From Waddliaceae bacterium (lineage in GTDB: Bacteria; Chlamydiota; Chlamydiia; Chlamydiales; Waddliaceae): a stretch of DNA of 64,000 bases. A program made the position numbers and the translations under genes. Where the stretch lies: positions 256,001 to 320,000 of the forward strand of contig CAVRUH010000005.1 of assembly GCA_963724325.1 (NCBI GenBank). The letters are read 5' to 3'. Below the pieces are notes generated by a model. That model was given only the letters and a program-made list of their open reading frames with translations, was not told the origin of the DNA and ran no database searches. Below, in pieces: positions 9,632 through 19,362 of the stretch (its first letter is position 1; the number at the start of each line of letters is the position of its first letter).

Positions 9632-10472
9632 CAAATCCGCTTTACATTTCAACTATGAAGACTTTGATAAACAAATCATAGCAGTTATTTCCGATATTCA
9701 CGCAAATGATATTGCTTTTAAAGTAGCTGTCGACCAGATTCGACAGAGAGAAGTATTAAATATCATTTTTCTAGGAGATTTGCTCTCCTTCGGCTGCGCC
9801 ACAATGCAGGTGATAGAACGCCTTCAGAACTTGCAGAAGGAATATAATGTCCACATCATTATGGGGAATCATGATGAATTTTATTTTGAATTGCAAGCTG
9901 GTCGTAAGTTAGAATCCTTAAAACTTCCGGAATTTCTTTTGGAAAGCATTGCCTTCAATTTGAGTCAGCTAAATATCAATTTAGAGGCTTTTTTTGAATG
10001 GCATTCTGAGATTACCATTGGAAAAATATTATTTTCTCATGCTAATCCATTTGGCGATTGGAAATATATTACTACAGATGAAGATTTCGTAAGGGCTAGC
10101 AGGGAATTGTGTAAACGTGGATTTGAGATAGGCATCTTTGGACACAATCACATCCCGAAAATTAGGCTCATGAATAAGCTGGAAGGCACCATATTGAAGA
10201 ATAATTATCAAACAACTCTTCCTATTGCTGAAACACTTGAGACTATCATTGTAACAACAGGTTCAGCTGGAATGCCTCGGAGTCATCATCCGGATCAAAT
10301 GCAACAGCCTGCGCTCCTCTTTTTACATTTCGAAAAGGCTAAATTGGATATTCAGTTGGAGAAAATAAACTATTCTGAGGAAGCACAGAAACTGACAATC
10401 GAAAATTCAACTCTAAGTCCTGCTACAAAAAATAAATTAAAAAACATGTATCCTCAATCAAATTCATTATGA
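9621..10472 (+). CDS. Metallophosphoesterase (calcineurin-like superfamily)
   Basis: SDIHAN, LGDLL, MGNHD, FSHA, GHNH metal-binding motifs; overlaps halogenase 2 stop. Confidence 0.85.
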   Translation: MQSNKSALHFNYEDFDKQIIAVISDIHANDIAFKVAVDQIRQREVLNIIFLGDLLSFGCATMQVIERLQNLQKEYNVHIIMGNHDEFYFELQAGRKLESLKLPEFLLESIAFNLSQLNINLEAFFEWHSEITIGKILFSHANPFGDWKYITTDEDFVRASRELCKRGFEIGIFGHNHIPKIRLMNKLEGTILKNNYQTTLPIAETLETIIVTTGSAGMPRSHHPDQMQQPALLFLHFEKAKLDIQLEKINYSEEAQKLTIENSTLSPATKNKLKNMYPQSNSL

Positions 10473-10487
10473 AAGGTCTTTAACGAC

Positions 10488-10517
10488 CATCCAAGACAAC
10501 CTGCGTTGTCTTGGATG
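10488..10517. terminator. Probable bidirectional terminator hairpin between convergent genes
   Basis: CATCCAAGACAAC-CTGC-GTTGTCTTGGATG perfect 13-bp stem. Confidence 0.6.
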
Positions 10518-10523
10518 AACCAA

Positions 10524-11129
10524 TTATTTGGATTGCTCAACTGGAGCTTCACCTTTTGGTGCTTGCTGTGCTTGTTGTGGAACTTGGCATACCACTTCAG
10601 TAATATCATTTTTAAAGAGCGTTTTCAGATTCTTTGGAACATCAAAACGTGAATCCTCAACAACCTTTATATCTCTTATCATGGTTGTGTCAATAGTTTC
10701 TACGTTTTCTTTGCTCTTATTTGATCTAAACGTTCCAGATAATACCCCGCCGTCTTTGATTTGAGTTCCAGTTTGATCTTCTCCCATCTTAACTGTAACT
10801 TCCTTCACAAGTTTTTCATTGGTTATAGAACCTCGTAGTACAGGTTTTCCGTCTTTGGTAAAACCAAATGCATAAGGTTCAACCGTAACTTGTTTTGTTG
10901 TAATCTTTATTTCTTTATCATTGACTTTTTCTTTGCTTATTATAATAAATTCCAATTTCTTTTGTTGTGAAATGGCACGGCAAATAGGATCATTTGTCAT
11001 TGCTCCACGATCGTTAAATCCTGCATTAAACTGGAAATCAAAAGGACCAACGGTTATTTCCATGGCCTGAAGACTTCCGTTGCAGAGTAGTAGTGCCGAA
11101 GCAACCACTAACAAATTTCTTTTTTTCAT
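10524..11129 (-). CDS. Exported protein with WYL-like domain
   Basis: Signal peptide MKKRNLLVVASALLLCNGSLQA; ICRAISQQKKLEF...VTVEPYAFGFTKDGKPVLRG...IRDIKVVEDSRF resembles WYL core; RBS AGGAGG. Confidence 0.55.
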   Translation of the reverse strand: MKKRNLLVVASALLLCNGSLQAMEITVGPFDFQFNAGFNDRGAMTNDPICRAISQQKKLEFIIISKEKVNDKEIKITTKQVTVEPYAFGFTKDGKPVLRGSITNEKLVKEVTVKMGEDQTGTQIKDGGVLSGTFRSNKSKENVETIDTTMIRDIKVVEDSRFDVPKNLKTLFKNDITEVVCQVPQQAQQAPKGEAPVEQSK

Positions 11130-11351
11130 AATAACCTCCTACTTTAATTCCAGCATACTTATTTATTTTAATGTATACTGGTAAATCTATCTAAGTAGTA
11201 TTTATCAAGCCTTCCTAAACTCATACTAATCATTTTAGAATTAAAAAGCTATTAAAAAAGTTAATATTTTTTGATTTTTGTGGTTTACGCACTATTTTAA
11301 GGCGTATCATGTTTATTATAAATAACTTATAAAAATTTTTGGCAAGATGCG

Positions 11352-12200
11352 TTACGTATGACCAGTAATTGGACGGCATTGTAAGAGGTATAACACTTCA
11401 TTGTGAATGGCGAGTTCGACATCTACAGGATATCCTTCATTTTCCTCGAGTTTTTTGATCATTTTTGAAACTTCAGCAAGTTGTGTCGGAGAAAATGAGG
11501 GCTTTTCCTGAAGAAAAGAGGGGACTTTCACATCTTTAGTTCCATCGTTACTCGGAATTGTCATCATTACTTTTTTATGAATATCCATTTCAATGATGGT
11601 TGCAACATTATTTTTATCGATGACGAAATGATCTGGGCTGACACTGCCATCTGCAATGGCTTTTCCCAAACCAAAATTTCCATTGATGACAATTTCATTT
11701 TTGCTTTTTGTGACAGGATTAATCGAGAATGCTACTGCAGATACATCTGAAGCAATACAGGCCTGTATCAAAACTGCAATATGAATATGTTCTAAATTTA
11801 ATTCATGTTTTTTTCGGTATTCCTTGACAACATCATCGTGAGAAGAGGCCCAGCACTTAACAATCGCGTTGAATAGCATTTCTTCGCCAATAATATTGAG
11901 AAAGGTGTCATGTTGTCCGGCAAAAGATACATTTGGTTTATCTTCATCTACAGCTGAGGAACGCACTGCAACTGAGGGATTCTTTACCCCCATAATTTGT
12001 CCTAGTTTGTGATAACTTTCGGCTATTTCTTTCTTTTCAGTATCATCTAATGCAGTATGTTTCGCTTCAATTTTGACGGAAGCTATACAAAATCCAGGGG
12101 GGACATTAAATTTTTCTTTGAGACGGCTGCAATTCGCTGCCTTGGGTCCTACCCTTTGTGGATCATTGCAATTTTCATCTCCTAACCAACGTATATCCAA
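11352..12200 (-). CDS. Stand-alone PEP/pyruvate-binding ATP-grasp domain (PPDK_N), probable partner of 6363..8042
   Basis: VGPKAAN, VPPGF, VAVRSSAVDED, SFAGQHDTFLN, DVELAI...LLQCRPIT motifs; TTG start with RBS GGAGG. Confidence 0.88.
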   Translation of the reverse strand: MDIRWLGDENCNDPQRVGPKAANCSRLKEKFNVPPGFCIASVKIEAKHTALDDTEKKEIAESYHKLGQIMGVKNPSVAVRSSAVDEDKPNVSFAGQHDTFLNIIGEEMLFNAIVKCWASSHDDVVKEYRKKHELNLEHIHIAVLIQACIASDVSAVAFSINPVTKSKNEIVINGNFGLGKAIADGSVSPDHFVIDKNNVATIIEMDIHKKVMMTIPSNDGTKDVKVPSFLQEKPSFSPTQLAEVSKMIKKLEENEGYPVDVELAIHNEVLYLLQCRPITGHT

Positions 12201-12322
12201 AATCCAGCCTCCATTCTCAAAGTAATACCAAAAGAAAAAAAGAAGAGCAAGCTATAAAAATAATTTTAATAATATTGATGTTTAAAGGCGGATTTCATAA
12301 AATCCAGATTGGAGAATTTAAT

Positions 12323-12862
12323 ATGCCAAGAGGTCAAATTATGAAAGAACAAGAAGTTGCAGCATTAATTTTTAAGTTATATGAATTAGGCGGCAAGCCT
12401 GCAGCGCGTGGCGCTGGAATCAGGAAATATCCTGAGGAGGCAGCTTTAATTCTAAAACTCTATGAATTGCGTCGGGAGCCAGTCATGCGTGAAGCTAGAA
12501 AATGGTGTACCTGGTCGTTAAACTTCGCAAGTGCTCAGGATTATTTTGACATTATGTTAAGTGAGAACAGTGACAGGATGCGCATGGTTTTTTCATATTG
12601 GGACATGGCAGCTTGTTTAGTAGAAACTGGACACATCAGTGATAAATTATTCAATAGTGTTGCCGACGAGCACATGTGGATGTTGGCCATCATTGAACCA
12701 ATTCTTGATGATGTTCGAAAAGGAATGCAGCGTCCGGATTACTTGATAAATTTAGAAGCAGTCATACATCGCATTCCTGGATACAAAGAAATGTTAGAGA
12801 ATAAACGGCAGGCACTGAAGGGAATGAAAGCAATGGCAGCGGAGCGTATGAAGAAAAAATAA
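12323..12862 (+). CDS. DUF4760-like protein, paralog A (with duplicated N-terminal helix)
   Basis: LILKLYELRREPVMREARKW...MVFSYWDMAACLV; ATG 12323 after GGAG; stop overlaps bshC start (TAATG). Confidence 0.6.
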   Translation: MPRGQIMKEQEVAALIFKLYELGGKPAARGAGIRKYPEEAALILKLYELRREPVMREARKWCTWSLNFASAQDYFDIMLSENSDRMRMVFSYWDMAACLVETGHISDKLFNSVADEHMWMLAIIEPILDDVRKGMQRPDYLINLEAVIHRIPGYKEMLENKRQALKGMKAMAAERMKKK

Positions 12863-14151
12863 TGAAAATCATTATTCGCGAAAAGCCACAGCTCTATGCG
12901 AAGTCTCCATTAGAAAAATTTTTGGAGATTCCACCTCGAGATCCAATGGCGATCGCCCTTTCTAGAAAACAATTAGAAAATCGACAATTTCCCAGGAAAA
13001 CTTTATCTAATATATTAGTAGATTACAACCAAGCAATAGGAAATGATTCACTAGCTATTGAAAATGCAAAAAAAATAGCTACAGAAGGCTCAGTTTGTGT
13101 CATCACAGGACAGCAGCTTGGACTATTTGGAGGTTCCTCATATACTATCTTAAAAGCCATTTCAGCTCTTTTGCTAGCCAAAGAAACGAATGCGATCCCC
13201 ATATTTTGGCTTGCCACAGAAGATCACGACGTCGATGAGATCAACCATACCTTTCTTTTGGACCCTATGGGAGACCTAAAAAGATTTCGTCTATCTCTCC
13301 CTAAAGATCACCGATTTGTTGAAGAGCTTGAGTTATCCGATAGAGATTTTGATGTGATTGCCACTTTTCAGGAAAAGGCAAAAATCAGTGCCATTCCCGA
13401 TGAACGATCCTATGTTCTTTATATGATAAAACAACTTCTTCCTCTGTTTGCAGGTACAGGCATAGTATTCGTTGAACCGAAACTTTTAAGGCCGCTTGCA
13501 ACATCATTTTTCCAAAAAGAAATTGCTGAGTGTGATGCAATTACTCAAATTCTACGCACTACCACGGATGAAATAGTGAAGGCCGGCGGAAGAGAGGGGA
13601 TAGAGATAGCTGAAGGAACAAATCTATTCATGAAGCAGAATGGATTATATCGCCGCAAGATACATCGCAAAGGAAAGGGTTTTCAGATTGCCGCCAAGGA
13701 CTATTCCATGCAGGAACTCGCGAAAATGATAGCAGATCATCCCGAACACTTTAGCACGAATGCCGCTGCCAGGCCCGTTTTACAAAGTTTAATTTTTCCG
13801 ACGTTAGCGTATGTGGGCGGACCTTCTGAAATAAATTATCACTACCAATTAGGAAATTACTTTCGCTTTCACGGAATTCCCATGCATTTGATTGTGCCAA
13901 GAATTTCAGCAACGATGATTACGCCTCAAGCTGAAAAATTATTGCGTGAATCGGGGTTAAATCCATGGGATGAGTTACCTTTAAAGTCTTTTCACTACGT
14001 TCGGAACTTGATATACCCTCATGAAAAGCTCCAAGAACGGATCCTCAATTGGTGGTCATTTCAATCGGCATCAAGCGAAAATCTTGTACAAGCATTACTT
14101 AAAAATGCTAACTGGAATACTGATGGGCATCTGTTCTGTTTTTTGGATTAG
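12862..14151 (+). CDS. bshC: Bacillithiol biosynthesis cysteine-adding enzyme BshC (short form)
   Basis: VITGQQLGLFGG, PIFWLATEDHDVDEINH, FSTNAAARP, LAYVGGPSEINY, PHEKLQER motifs. Confidence 0.88.
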   Translation: MKIIIREKPQLYAKSPLEKFLEIPPRDPMAIALSRKQLENRQFPRKTLSNILVDYNQAIGNDSLAIENAKKIATEGSVCVITGQQLGLFGGSSYTILKAISALLLAKETNAIPIFWLATEDHDVDEINHTFLLDPMGDLKRFRLSLPKDHRFVEELELSDRDFDVIATFQEKAKISAIPDERSYVLYMIKQLLPLFAGTGIVFVEPKLLRPLATSFFQKEIAECDAITQILRTTTDEIVKAGGREGIEIAEGTNLFMKQNGLYRRKIHRKGKGFQIAAKDYSMQELAKMIADHPEHFSTNAAARPVLQSLIFPTLAYVGGPSEINYHYQLGNYFRFHGIPMHLIVPRISATMITPQAEKLLRESGLNPWDELPLKSFHYVRNLIYPHEKLQERILNWWSFQSASSENLVQALLKNANWNTDGHLFCFLD

Positions 14152-14301
14152 GCATAAATTTTCAGTAGAATACCTAATCGTTTAATACCTAAAAGGATAA
14201 CATGGATAAATCTGTACTAATTAAAAAAAAGTATTGATATTAATTTTTGTATTCTAGTAGAATAAAGATTGGAGAGGTAAATTTATAAAGGTGGTAAAAT
14301 T

Positions 14302-14727
14302 ATGAAAGAACAAGCAGAAGCAGATCTAATTTTAAAGTTATATGAATTACGTCAAGCACCTATCCTGAATGAGGCTAGAAAATGGTGCGTTTGGGCTCTA
14401 AATGTGAAGGCAGCTAATGATTTTTTTAATATTATGATGGGCGAAAATGGCGATCGACTGCATATGGTTTATTCGTATTGGGACATGGCAGCCTCTTTAG
14501 TGGAAAGTGGGGCCATTAATGAGAAATTATTTAATAAGATGACTGACGAACATATGTTGGTGTTTGCTTTGATTGAACCAGTCCTCGACGATATAAGGAG
14601 CGGGATGGACAATCCAAATTACCTTATTAATTTAGAGGCTGTAATTCGTCGCATTCCAGGTCATAAAGAAATGCTGGAAAAGAAACGACAAAAACTCAAA
14701 GCCATGAAAGCCATCAAAACAGGTTAA
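14302..14727 (+). CDS. DUF4760-like protein, paralog B
   Basis: EADLILKLYELRQAPILNEARKW...MVYSYWDMAASLV; collinear with 12323..12862. Confidence 0.6.
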   Translation: MKEQAEADLILKLYELRQAPILNEARKWCVWALNVKAANDFFNIMMGENGDRLHMVYSYWDMAASLVESGAINEKLFNKMTDEHMLVFALIEPVLDDIRSGMDNPNYLINLEAVIRRIPGHKEMLEKKRQKLKAMKAIKTG

Positions 14728-14743
14728 CACGAACTTGTACAGT

Positions 14744-14785
14744 TTAAAGTTTTTTTACCACAAGTTTGTGGTAAAAAAACTTTAA
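14744..14785. terminator. Bidirectional terminator hairpin
   Basis: TTAAAGTTTTTTTACCACAA / TTGTGGTAAAAAAACTTTAA inverted repeat between convergent genes. Confidence 0.65.
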
Positions 14786-14795
14786 GTTAATGACA

Positions 14796-15749
14796 TTAGA
14801 GTTTTATTTTATCCTTGTTGACAGCAAGCCATTGATCGAAGTTTTTGAGTTCCGGATTCAACGCCTTTGTAGCCTCAATATTTCGTTCATTAATTAGGTA
14901 GGCAGAACAGTCTCGAAAAAACTGAAACATATTTCCCAGATCTATAGCCCCTGGAAAATTAAATCCCCGAAACGTGTTCGGTGTTACCTCATTATACGTG
15001 CAATTGATGCCCAGTCCTTTCGAATATTTTTCAGCCATTTCCCAGCAAGTAAGATTTTCTCCGGAAATTGAGATGCTTTTGTTTATATACCTTTGACCCC
15101 CCTTAAAAATCCCTAAGGCGCATTTACCAATATCATCAGTTGCAATCCCCGCAAGGCGCTCGTCTCCCATTGGAAAGGTAATGGAATATGTTCCGTCTGG
15201 TCCCTTTGCAGGCCCCATATTGAAATTGTATGCATTGTCCCAATAAAACGATGTATATAAAAATGTTACTGGCACTCCTGACAAAGTAAACAATAAATTG
15301 CTTACCCCTTTGGCATCCATGGCGGGATTTTTGTATTTTTCCTGAAGAGTTGGCATCCTTTTATCGCTCAATGGAATCCACTTTCTTGTATCTTCAAGTG
15401 TTGACCAGATCACATGCTGTGCATCCACAATTTTTGCTGCACGTGCCAGATTTGCAGCTTCCATTTCTTCCTTTTCTCCGGAAAAATGTGCCCAAAAGAA
15501 CGTAACGCAAAAAATTCCATATGCCCCTGCAAAGGCTTTTTCAAGACTTTGTTGATTGTCAACGTCTCCTTGCACCATTTCCACTCCACGCGCGATCAAA
15601 GCTTTTGCCTTTGGGCTGTTAAGATCATGGGTGATGCCACGGGGGACAAAAAGACTATTTTTTTCTGCTAGTATGGCTTCTATTAATCCTCCTCCCTGTG
15701 CACCTGTCGCACCCATTATGGCAATTATTTTCTTTTGAGCTTCTGACAT
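14796..15749 (-). CDS. NmrA/HSCARG family NAD(P)-binding protein
   Basis: IAIMGATGAQGGG Rossmann motif, HVIWSTLEDTR, FPGAIDLGNMFQF. Confidence 0.88.
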   Translation of the reverse strand: MSEAQKKIIAIMGATGAQGGGLIEAILAEKNSLFVPRGITHDLNSPKAKALIARGVEMVQGDVDNQQSLEKAFAGAYGIFCVTFFWAHFSGEKEEMEAANLARAAKIVDAQHVIWSTLEDTRKWIPLSDKRMPTLQEKYKNPAMDAKGVSNLLFTLSGVPVTFLYTSFYWDNAYNFNMGPAKGPDGTYSITFPMGDERLAGIATDDIGKCALGIFKGGQRYINKSISISGENLTCWEMAEKYSKGLGINCTYNEVTPNTFRGFNFPGAIDLGNMFQFFRDCSAYLINERNIEATKALNPELKNFDQWLAVNKDKIKL

Positions 15750-15898
15750 TGTTCCTCCAAATAATTTATCGTTTTTCTATATAGTAACTAGTTAGCATAT
15801 TCTATATATTCACGTCAATCCATTGTATAAAATTTTTCTTGACCAAAAATGACTTTTAATTGAAATCTGATTTTTGGTCGATATAAGGAGGCAAGGAC

Positions 15899-17938
15899 TT
15901 GGATAATGAAACATTAGTTAAGGAGACGGGACTCCTAAAAATTCATGATATATCGGTATCGAAAGATTATCTCAATGCATGTCCGGTAAAAAAAATTAGC
16001 AAGGGTCAGATTTTCTATAAAGTCGGTGACATGGCCGATACAGTCTATATCATCAAGAAGGGAAAAGTACAGATTTTCATTACGGATTCGCGTGGAGAAG
16101 AACTAATACTGTCACTAAGAAAAGAAAAGGGCTTTTTTGGAGAAAATGCGATCATTTACCACAATGGAATGAAGAGGCTCTCTAATGCTCGAGCTTTTGA
16201 AGATTGCGAATATATAATGTTGCCGCAAGAAGAGCTTTATAAGTCACTCAGATCTGATAAAGAAATTACCAAACTTAAGCAAGAACGAGGTCCTGACTAT
16301 GTTTTTCAACAGCTAGAGCAAAATTTTCAGTATCTTCAAAAGAGCAAATTAGATTTTTCAAGTATTCAAGAAAAAACCAGGGCATTTAAAGATAGACAGG
16401 TTATCTTCTTTCAAAATGATAAGCCAGATTATGCATATTTAATCATGAATGGAGAGGTGGATATATGGTCAAAGCAAGAAAATGGGAAAGAAGGTGTTAA
16501 TATTATCCTTGGACAGGGTGAAATTTTTGGGGAACTAGGTGTTTTAAATGGGAATTCTCGTAATGCGATGGCTGTTTCTCGTGGTAACAGCGAGTTGATG
16601 CTCATAAATAAGGAAACTTTGTTGCGATTGTGTGGATCAAACACCAATTTTAAAAATATTATATCCTCCCTCGGTAATGTCTACAATGTTCCTCTATTGG
16701 GCAAAGCAAGGCGCTATGAAGGTGACTTTTTGGGGATGCCTGCCATTTGTATTAAAATGGAAAGCTTTAAACAAAAATCATTCTTAAGTTATCAAGTTGT
16801 GGGTAAAGATATATTTTGCTTCTCCGTGCTTGACATTGAAGGATACCAATCCTACTCTTTCATAAAAAATACTGATGAACGAATGGAAATATGGATAAAA
16901 GACGATGTCTTGGTCGGTCTAGTTAATTATGGTTCCGTAGATGACGGCAGTTCAATAGTGCAAATGATTTTACATATGACCAAAATCAACAGCAATGCCA
17001 TCAGTCATTTCGAGAAAACCGGGAAATTGACAGATATAGTTGTTCAGCCGCTTAAGGTGATAAAGGGAACAATATGCCAATGTATGCAAGTTAGCTATCA
17101 AACTGTTAATGATACAATTAAAACCGGAGAGAGTTCTCTTAGCCAAATCGTTAAAATAACAGGTGCAGGATCGGTTTGCGGTTCTTGCAAACCCAGAATT
17201 CAGGAATTGCTCGGATATGACGTATGGAAACTTTGTAAGCTGACGAGAATCATCAAACACAATGAGAAAATATGGTCCTTTCAATACTCACCCATTAATC
17301 CAGCAGAAAAATTATCTTTTCTTCCTGGTCAGTACGTTGTACTAAGATGTTTAATTCACAAAGAATGGATCGAAAGACCCTATACTCTAACAAGTCACCC
17401 AAATGATGATTTCTATGAAGTAACTATCAAAAAGGAGGAAAGGGGGGCCTTATCTAGGTGGCTGTTTGAGAACGCTTATGAGGGAATGATTAATCACATT
17501 TCAGAACCGCAAGGTAATTTCATATTTGACAATCCATTGGAAAAGCCCGTTATTATATTTGCCGGAGGAATCGGTATCACACCAGCAATAATCATGGCTA
17601 AAATGATTAAGGGGAGCTATCACAATGGCATATATGTTGACTATTCCTATAGATTTGAAAACGATGCCATCACTAGGGATTTTTTTGATAGTGCATGCGA
17701 CAAAAGCTCTAAATTCCAAATTAAATATCGCAATACCTCTTCTAAAGGACGAATTAGTTCCGATGAAATTGCCGAACCTATAAGAACTTTCAAAAATGCT
17801 GATATTTACATTTGCGGTCCCGTTGCTTATAATGAAAATGTTAAAAAGATGCTTGTAGAAAAGCATACTGTTCCAACAGGGAGAATATTTGTTGAAAATT
17901 TCTCTTATATTGGTGGTCCTGAAAGAAAACCTGTATAA
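15899..17938 (+). CDS. Fusion protein: 2x cNMP-binding + NirB C-terminal-like segment + BFD-like [2Fe-2S] + ferredoxin-NAD(P) reductase FAD/NAD domains (putative P450 redox partner)
   Basis: FFGENAII...R and IFGELGVLNGNSRNA cNMP cassettes; ICQCMQV...TGAGSVCGSCKP BFD motif; ERPYTLTS, GALSRWL, FAGGIGITP, YICGP, VENF FNR motifs; TTG start with RBS AAGGAGG. Confidence 0.85.
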   Translation: MDNETLVKETGLLKIHDISVSKDYLNACPVKKISKGQIFYKVGDMADTVYIIKKGKVQIFITDSRGEELILSLRKEKGFFGENAIIYHNGMKRLSNARAFEDCEYIMLPQEELYKSLRSDKEITKLKQERGPDYVFQQLEQNFQYLQKSKLDFSSIQEKTRAFKDRQVIFFQNDKPDYAYLIMNGEVDIWSKQENGKEGVNIILGQGEIFGELGVLNGNSRNAMAVSRGNSELMLINKETLLRLCGSNTNFKNIISSLGNVYNVPLLGKARRYEGDFLGMPAICIKMESFKQKSFLSYQVVGKDIFCFSVLDIEGYQSYSFIKNTDERMEIWIKDDVLVGLVNYGSVDDGSSIVQMILHMTKINSNAISHFEKTGKLTDIVVQPLKVIKGTICQCMQVSYQTVNDTIKTGESSLSQIVKITGAGSVCGSCKPRIQELLGYDVWKLCKLTRIIKHNEKIWSFQYSPINPAEKLSFLPGQYVVLRCLIHKEWIERPYTLTSHPNDDFYEVTIKKEERGALSRWLFENAYEGMINHISEPQGNFIFDNPLEKPVIIFAGGIGITPAIIMAKMIKGSYHNGIYVDYSYRFENDAITRDFFDSACDKSSKFQIKYRNTSSKGRISSDEIAEPIRTFKNADIYICGPVAYNENVKKMLVEKHTVPTGRIFVENFSYIGGPERKPV

Positions 17939-17950
17939 AAGGAGCAATTT

Positions 17951-19306
17951 ATGTCTCAAATTCCTGAAATCAAAATGCCTATTCCGGAATTTTTTTCTTG
18001 GGACCATCACGATCCAATAGGGCTGAAAGATTATATCTTTAATACCTATGGCGATATTTCCCAATTCAAGATCGGGCATTTCACCAATTATTTTTTCATG
18101 CATCCTGACTATGCCCAAGTTATACTTGGCACAAAACAGGATGATTTTTTTTATAAGCACCCATTTTTGGTGAAGGGACTTGAGCCAATCGTGGGTACAG
18201 AAACTATTTTTACAATGAATGATCCTGAAAAATGGGAAAAAAATCGACGTCTAGCTGTGCAACCTCTTGATGCAATGTTCTATTTTGAAAGGTATGCAAA
18301 AAAGTTATATGAAACAGGGGAAAAACGGGTTGAAGGATGGTTTCAAAAATACAAAGACAATGAAAAAGTCAACATGGCTCGCGAATTTGGTTGCATGACT
18401 TTAAGCGCCATTCATAATTCTTTCTTTTACTATATCGACGATAATCTCGAAGAAATGCATGATATGTTGTATAGATGCGCTCGCATCATTATCGGAAAAC
18501 AGACCTCACTTAATCACGCTGAATGGGAAACACCTGAGAAAAAGAAACTTTATTCAGAAGCAGTTCAAACGTTGCGAGAAACCTATTTGCGCTGGGTTAG
18601 AACTCGTCTTGATTCTGGCGCAGAAATTGATGATTTCATGGGAGTGATGATTCATGAGTACGCAAAGGAGTATAGTAGAGAAAAACTAATCGATCAAATA
18701 GCAAGACACGCTGCCATGGCTTCCAATGCGGGATTTTTTACCACTTCACCTGCTGTCTTATGGCTTTTTATCCAGCTGGCAAGGCATCCTAATATCGAAA
18801 AGAAAATGTGTGAGGAAATCAAGCGTGTCATCGGTGATGGACAACCAACATACGATCAATTAAAGCAATTGACATACTGCAATGCAGTGATTAAGGAGTC
18901 CATGCGATTGAACTCCACAAGTTACAATCAATTGAGAGAGTCTGTGGTCGACACATCTGTTCAAGATTACTTTATACCAAAAGGATCTGGAATTTTCATC
19001 TGCACCTCTCAGATTCACCGCCACCCTGACTTTTGGAAATATCCTGATGTATTTGATCCCGATCGATTTTTAGATAAAGCAATGGGACAGGATCATCCTT
19101 TTGCCTATATACCCTTTGGAGCGGGCAAAAGATCTTGCATCGCCCGGCATCTCGTATTTTTAGAATTCCTTATTGTTCTTGTGCTAGTCACACGAAGGTT
19201 TTCTTTTGAACTCTTACCCTTCAAGACCATTAAGCCTATAATGACTGCACCAATAACCATGAGGCCTAATGAAGATAATCTGATCATAAAATTCAAAAAA
19301 ACTTAA
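17951..19306 (+). CDS. Cytochrome P450 (paralog A)
   Basis: AGFFTTS I-helix, KESMRL (ExxR), FDPDRF, PFGAGKRSCIA heme ligand. Confidence 0.95.
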   Translation: MSQIPEIKMPIPEFFSWDHHDPIGLKDYIFNTYGDISQFKIGHFTNYFFMHPDYAQVILGTKQDDFFYKHPFLVKGLEPIVGTETIFTMNDPEKWEKNRRLAVQPLDAMFYFERYAKKLYETGEKRVEGWFQKYKDNEKVNMAREFGCMTLSAIHNSFFYYIDDNLEEMHDMLYRCARIIIGKQTSLNHAEWETPEKKKLYSEAVQTLRETYLRWVRTRLDSGAEIDDFMGVMIHEYAKEYSREKLIDQIARHAAMASNAGFFTTSPAVLWLFIQLARHPNIEKKMCEEIKRVIGDGQPTYDQLKQLTYCNAVIKESMRLNSTSYNQLRESVVDTSVQDYFIPKGSGIFICTSQIHRHPDFWKYPDVFDPDRFLDKAMGQDHPFAYIPFGAGKRSCIARHLVFLEFLIVLVLVTRRFSFELLPFKTIKPIMTAPITMRPNEDNLIIKFKKT

Positions 19307-19362
19307 ATAACAATTCACAAAACTATAAAAACGCAGAGGCGGTGACATACTTTTGTGAATTA
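19305..19362. repeat. Short copy of the outer arm of the 5862-6368 element
   Basis: AAATAACAATTCACAAAACTATAAAAACGCAGAGGCG matches the reverse complement of the right arm of the large element; ends with TTTTGTGAATTA; lies between convergent genes. Confidence 0.75.

Noticed and set aside
6363..12200. Housekeeping PEP synthase (ppsA) broken by insertion
   Set aside because: The PEP/pyruvate TIM-barrel domain is absent, each half has its own start and RBS, and the domain order fits RPH/phenylphosphate synthase types.
17501..18160. 219-aa minus-strand ORF (and similar antisense ORFs such as 62954..63469)
   Set aside because: Overlaps well-supported genes on the opposite strand and has no recognisable motifs.
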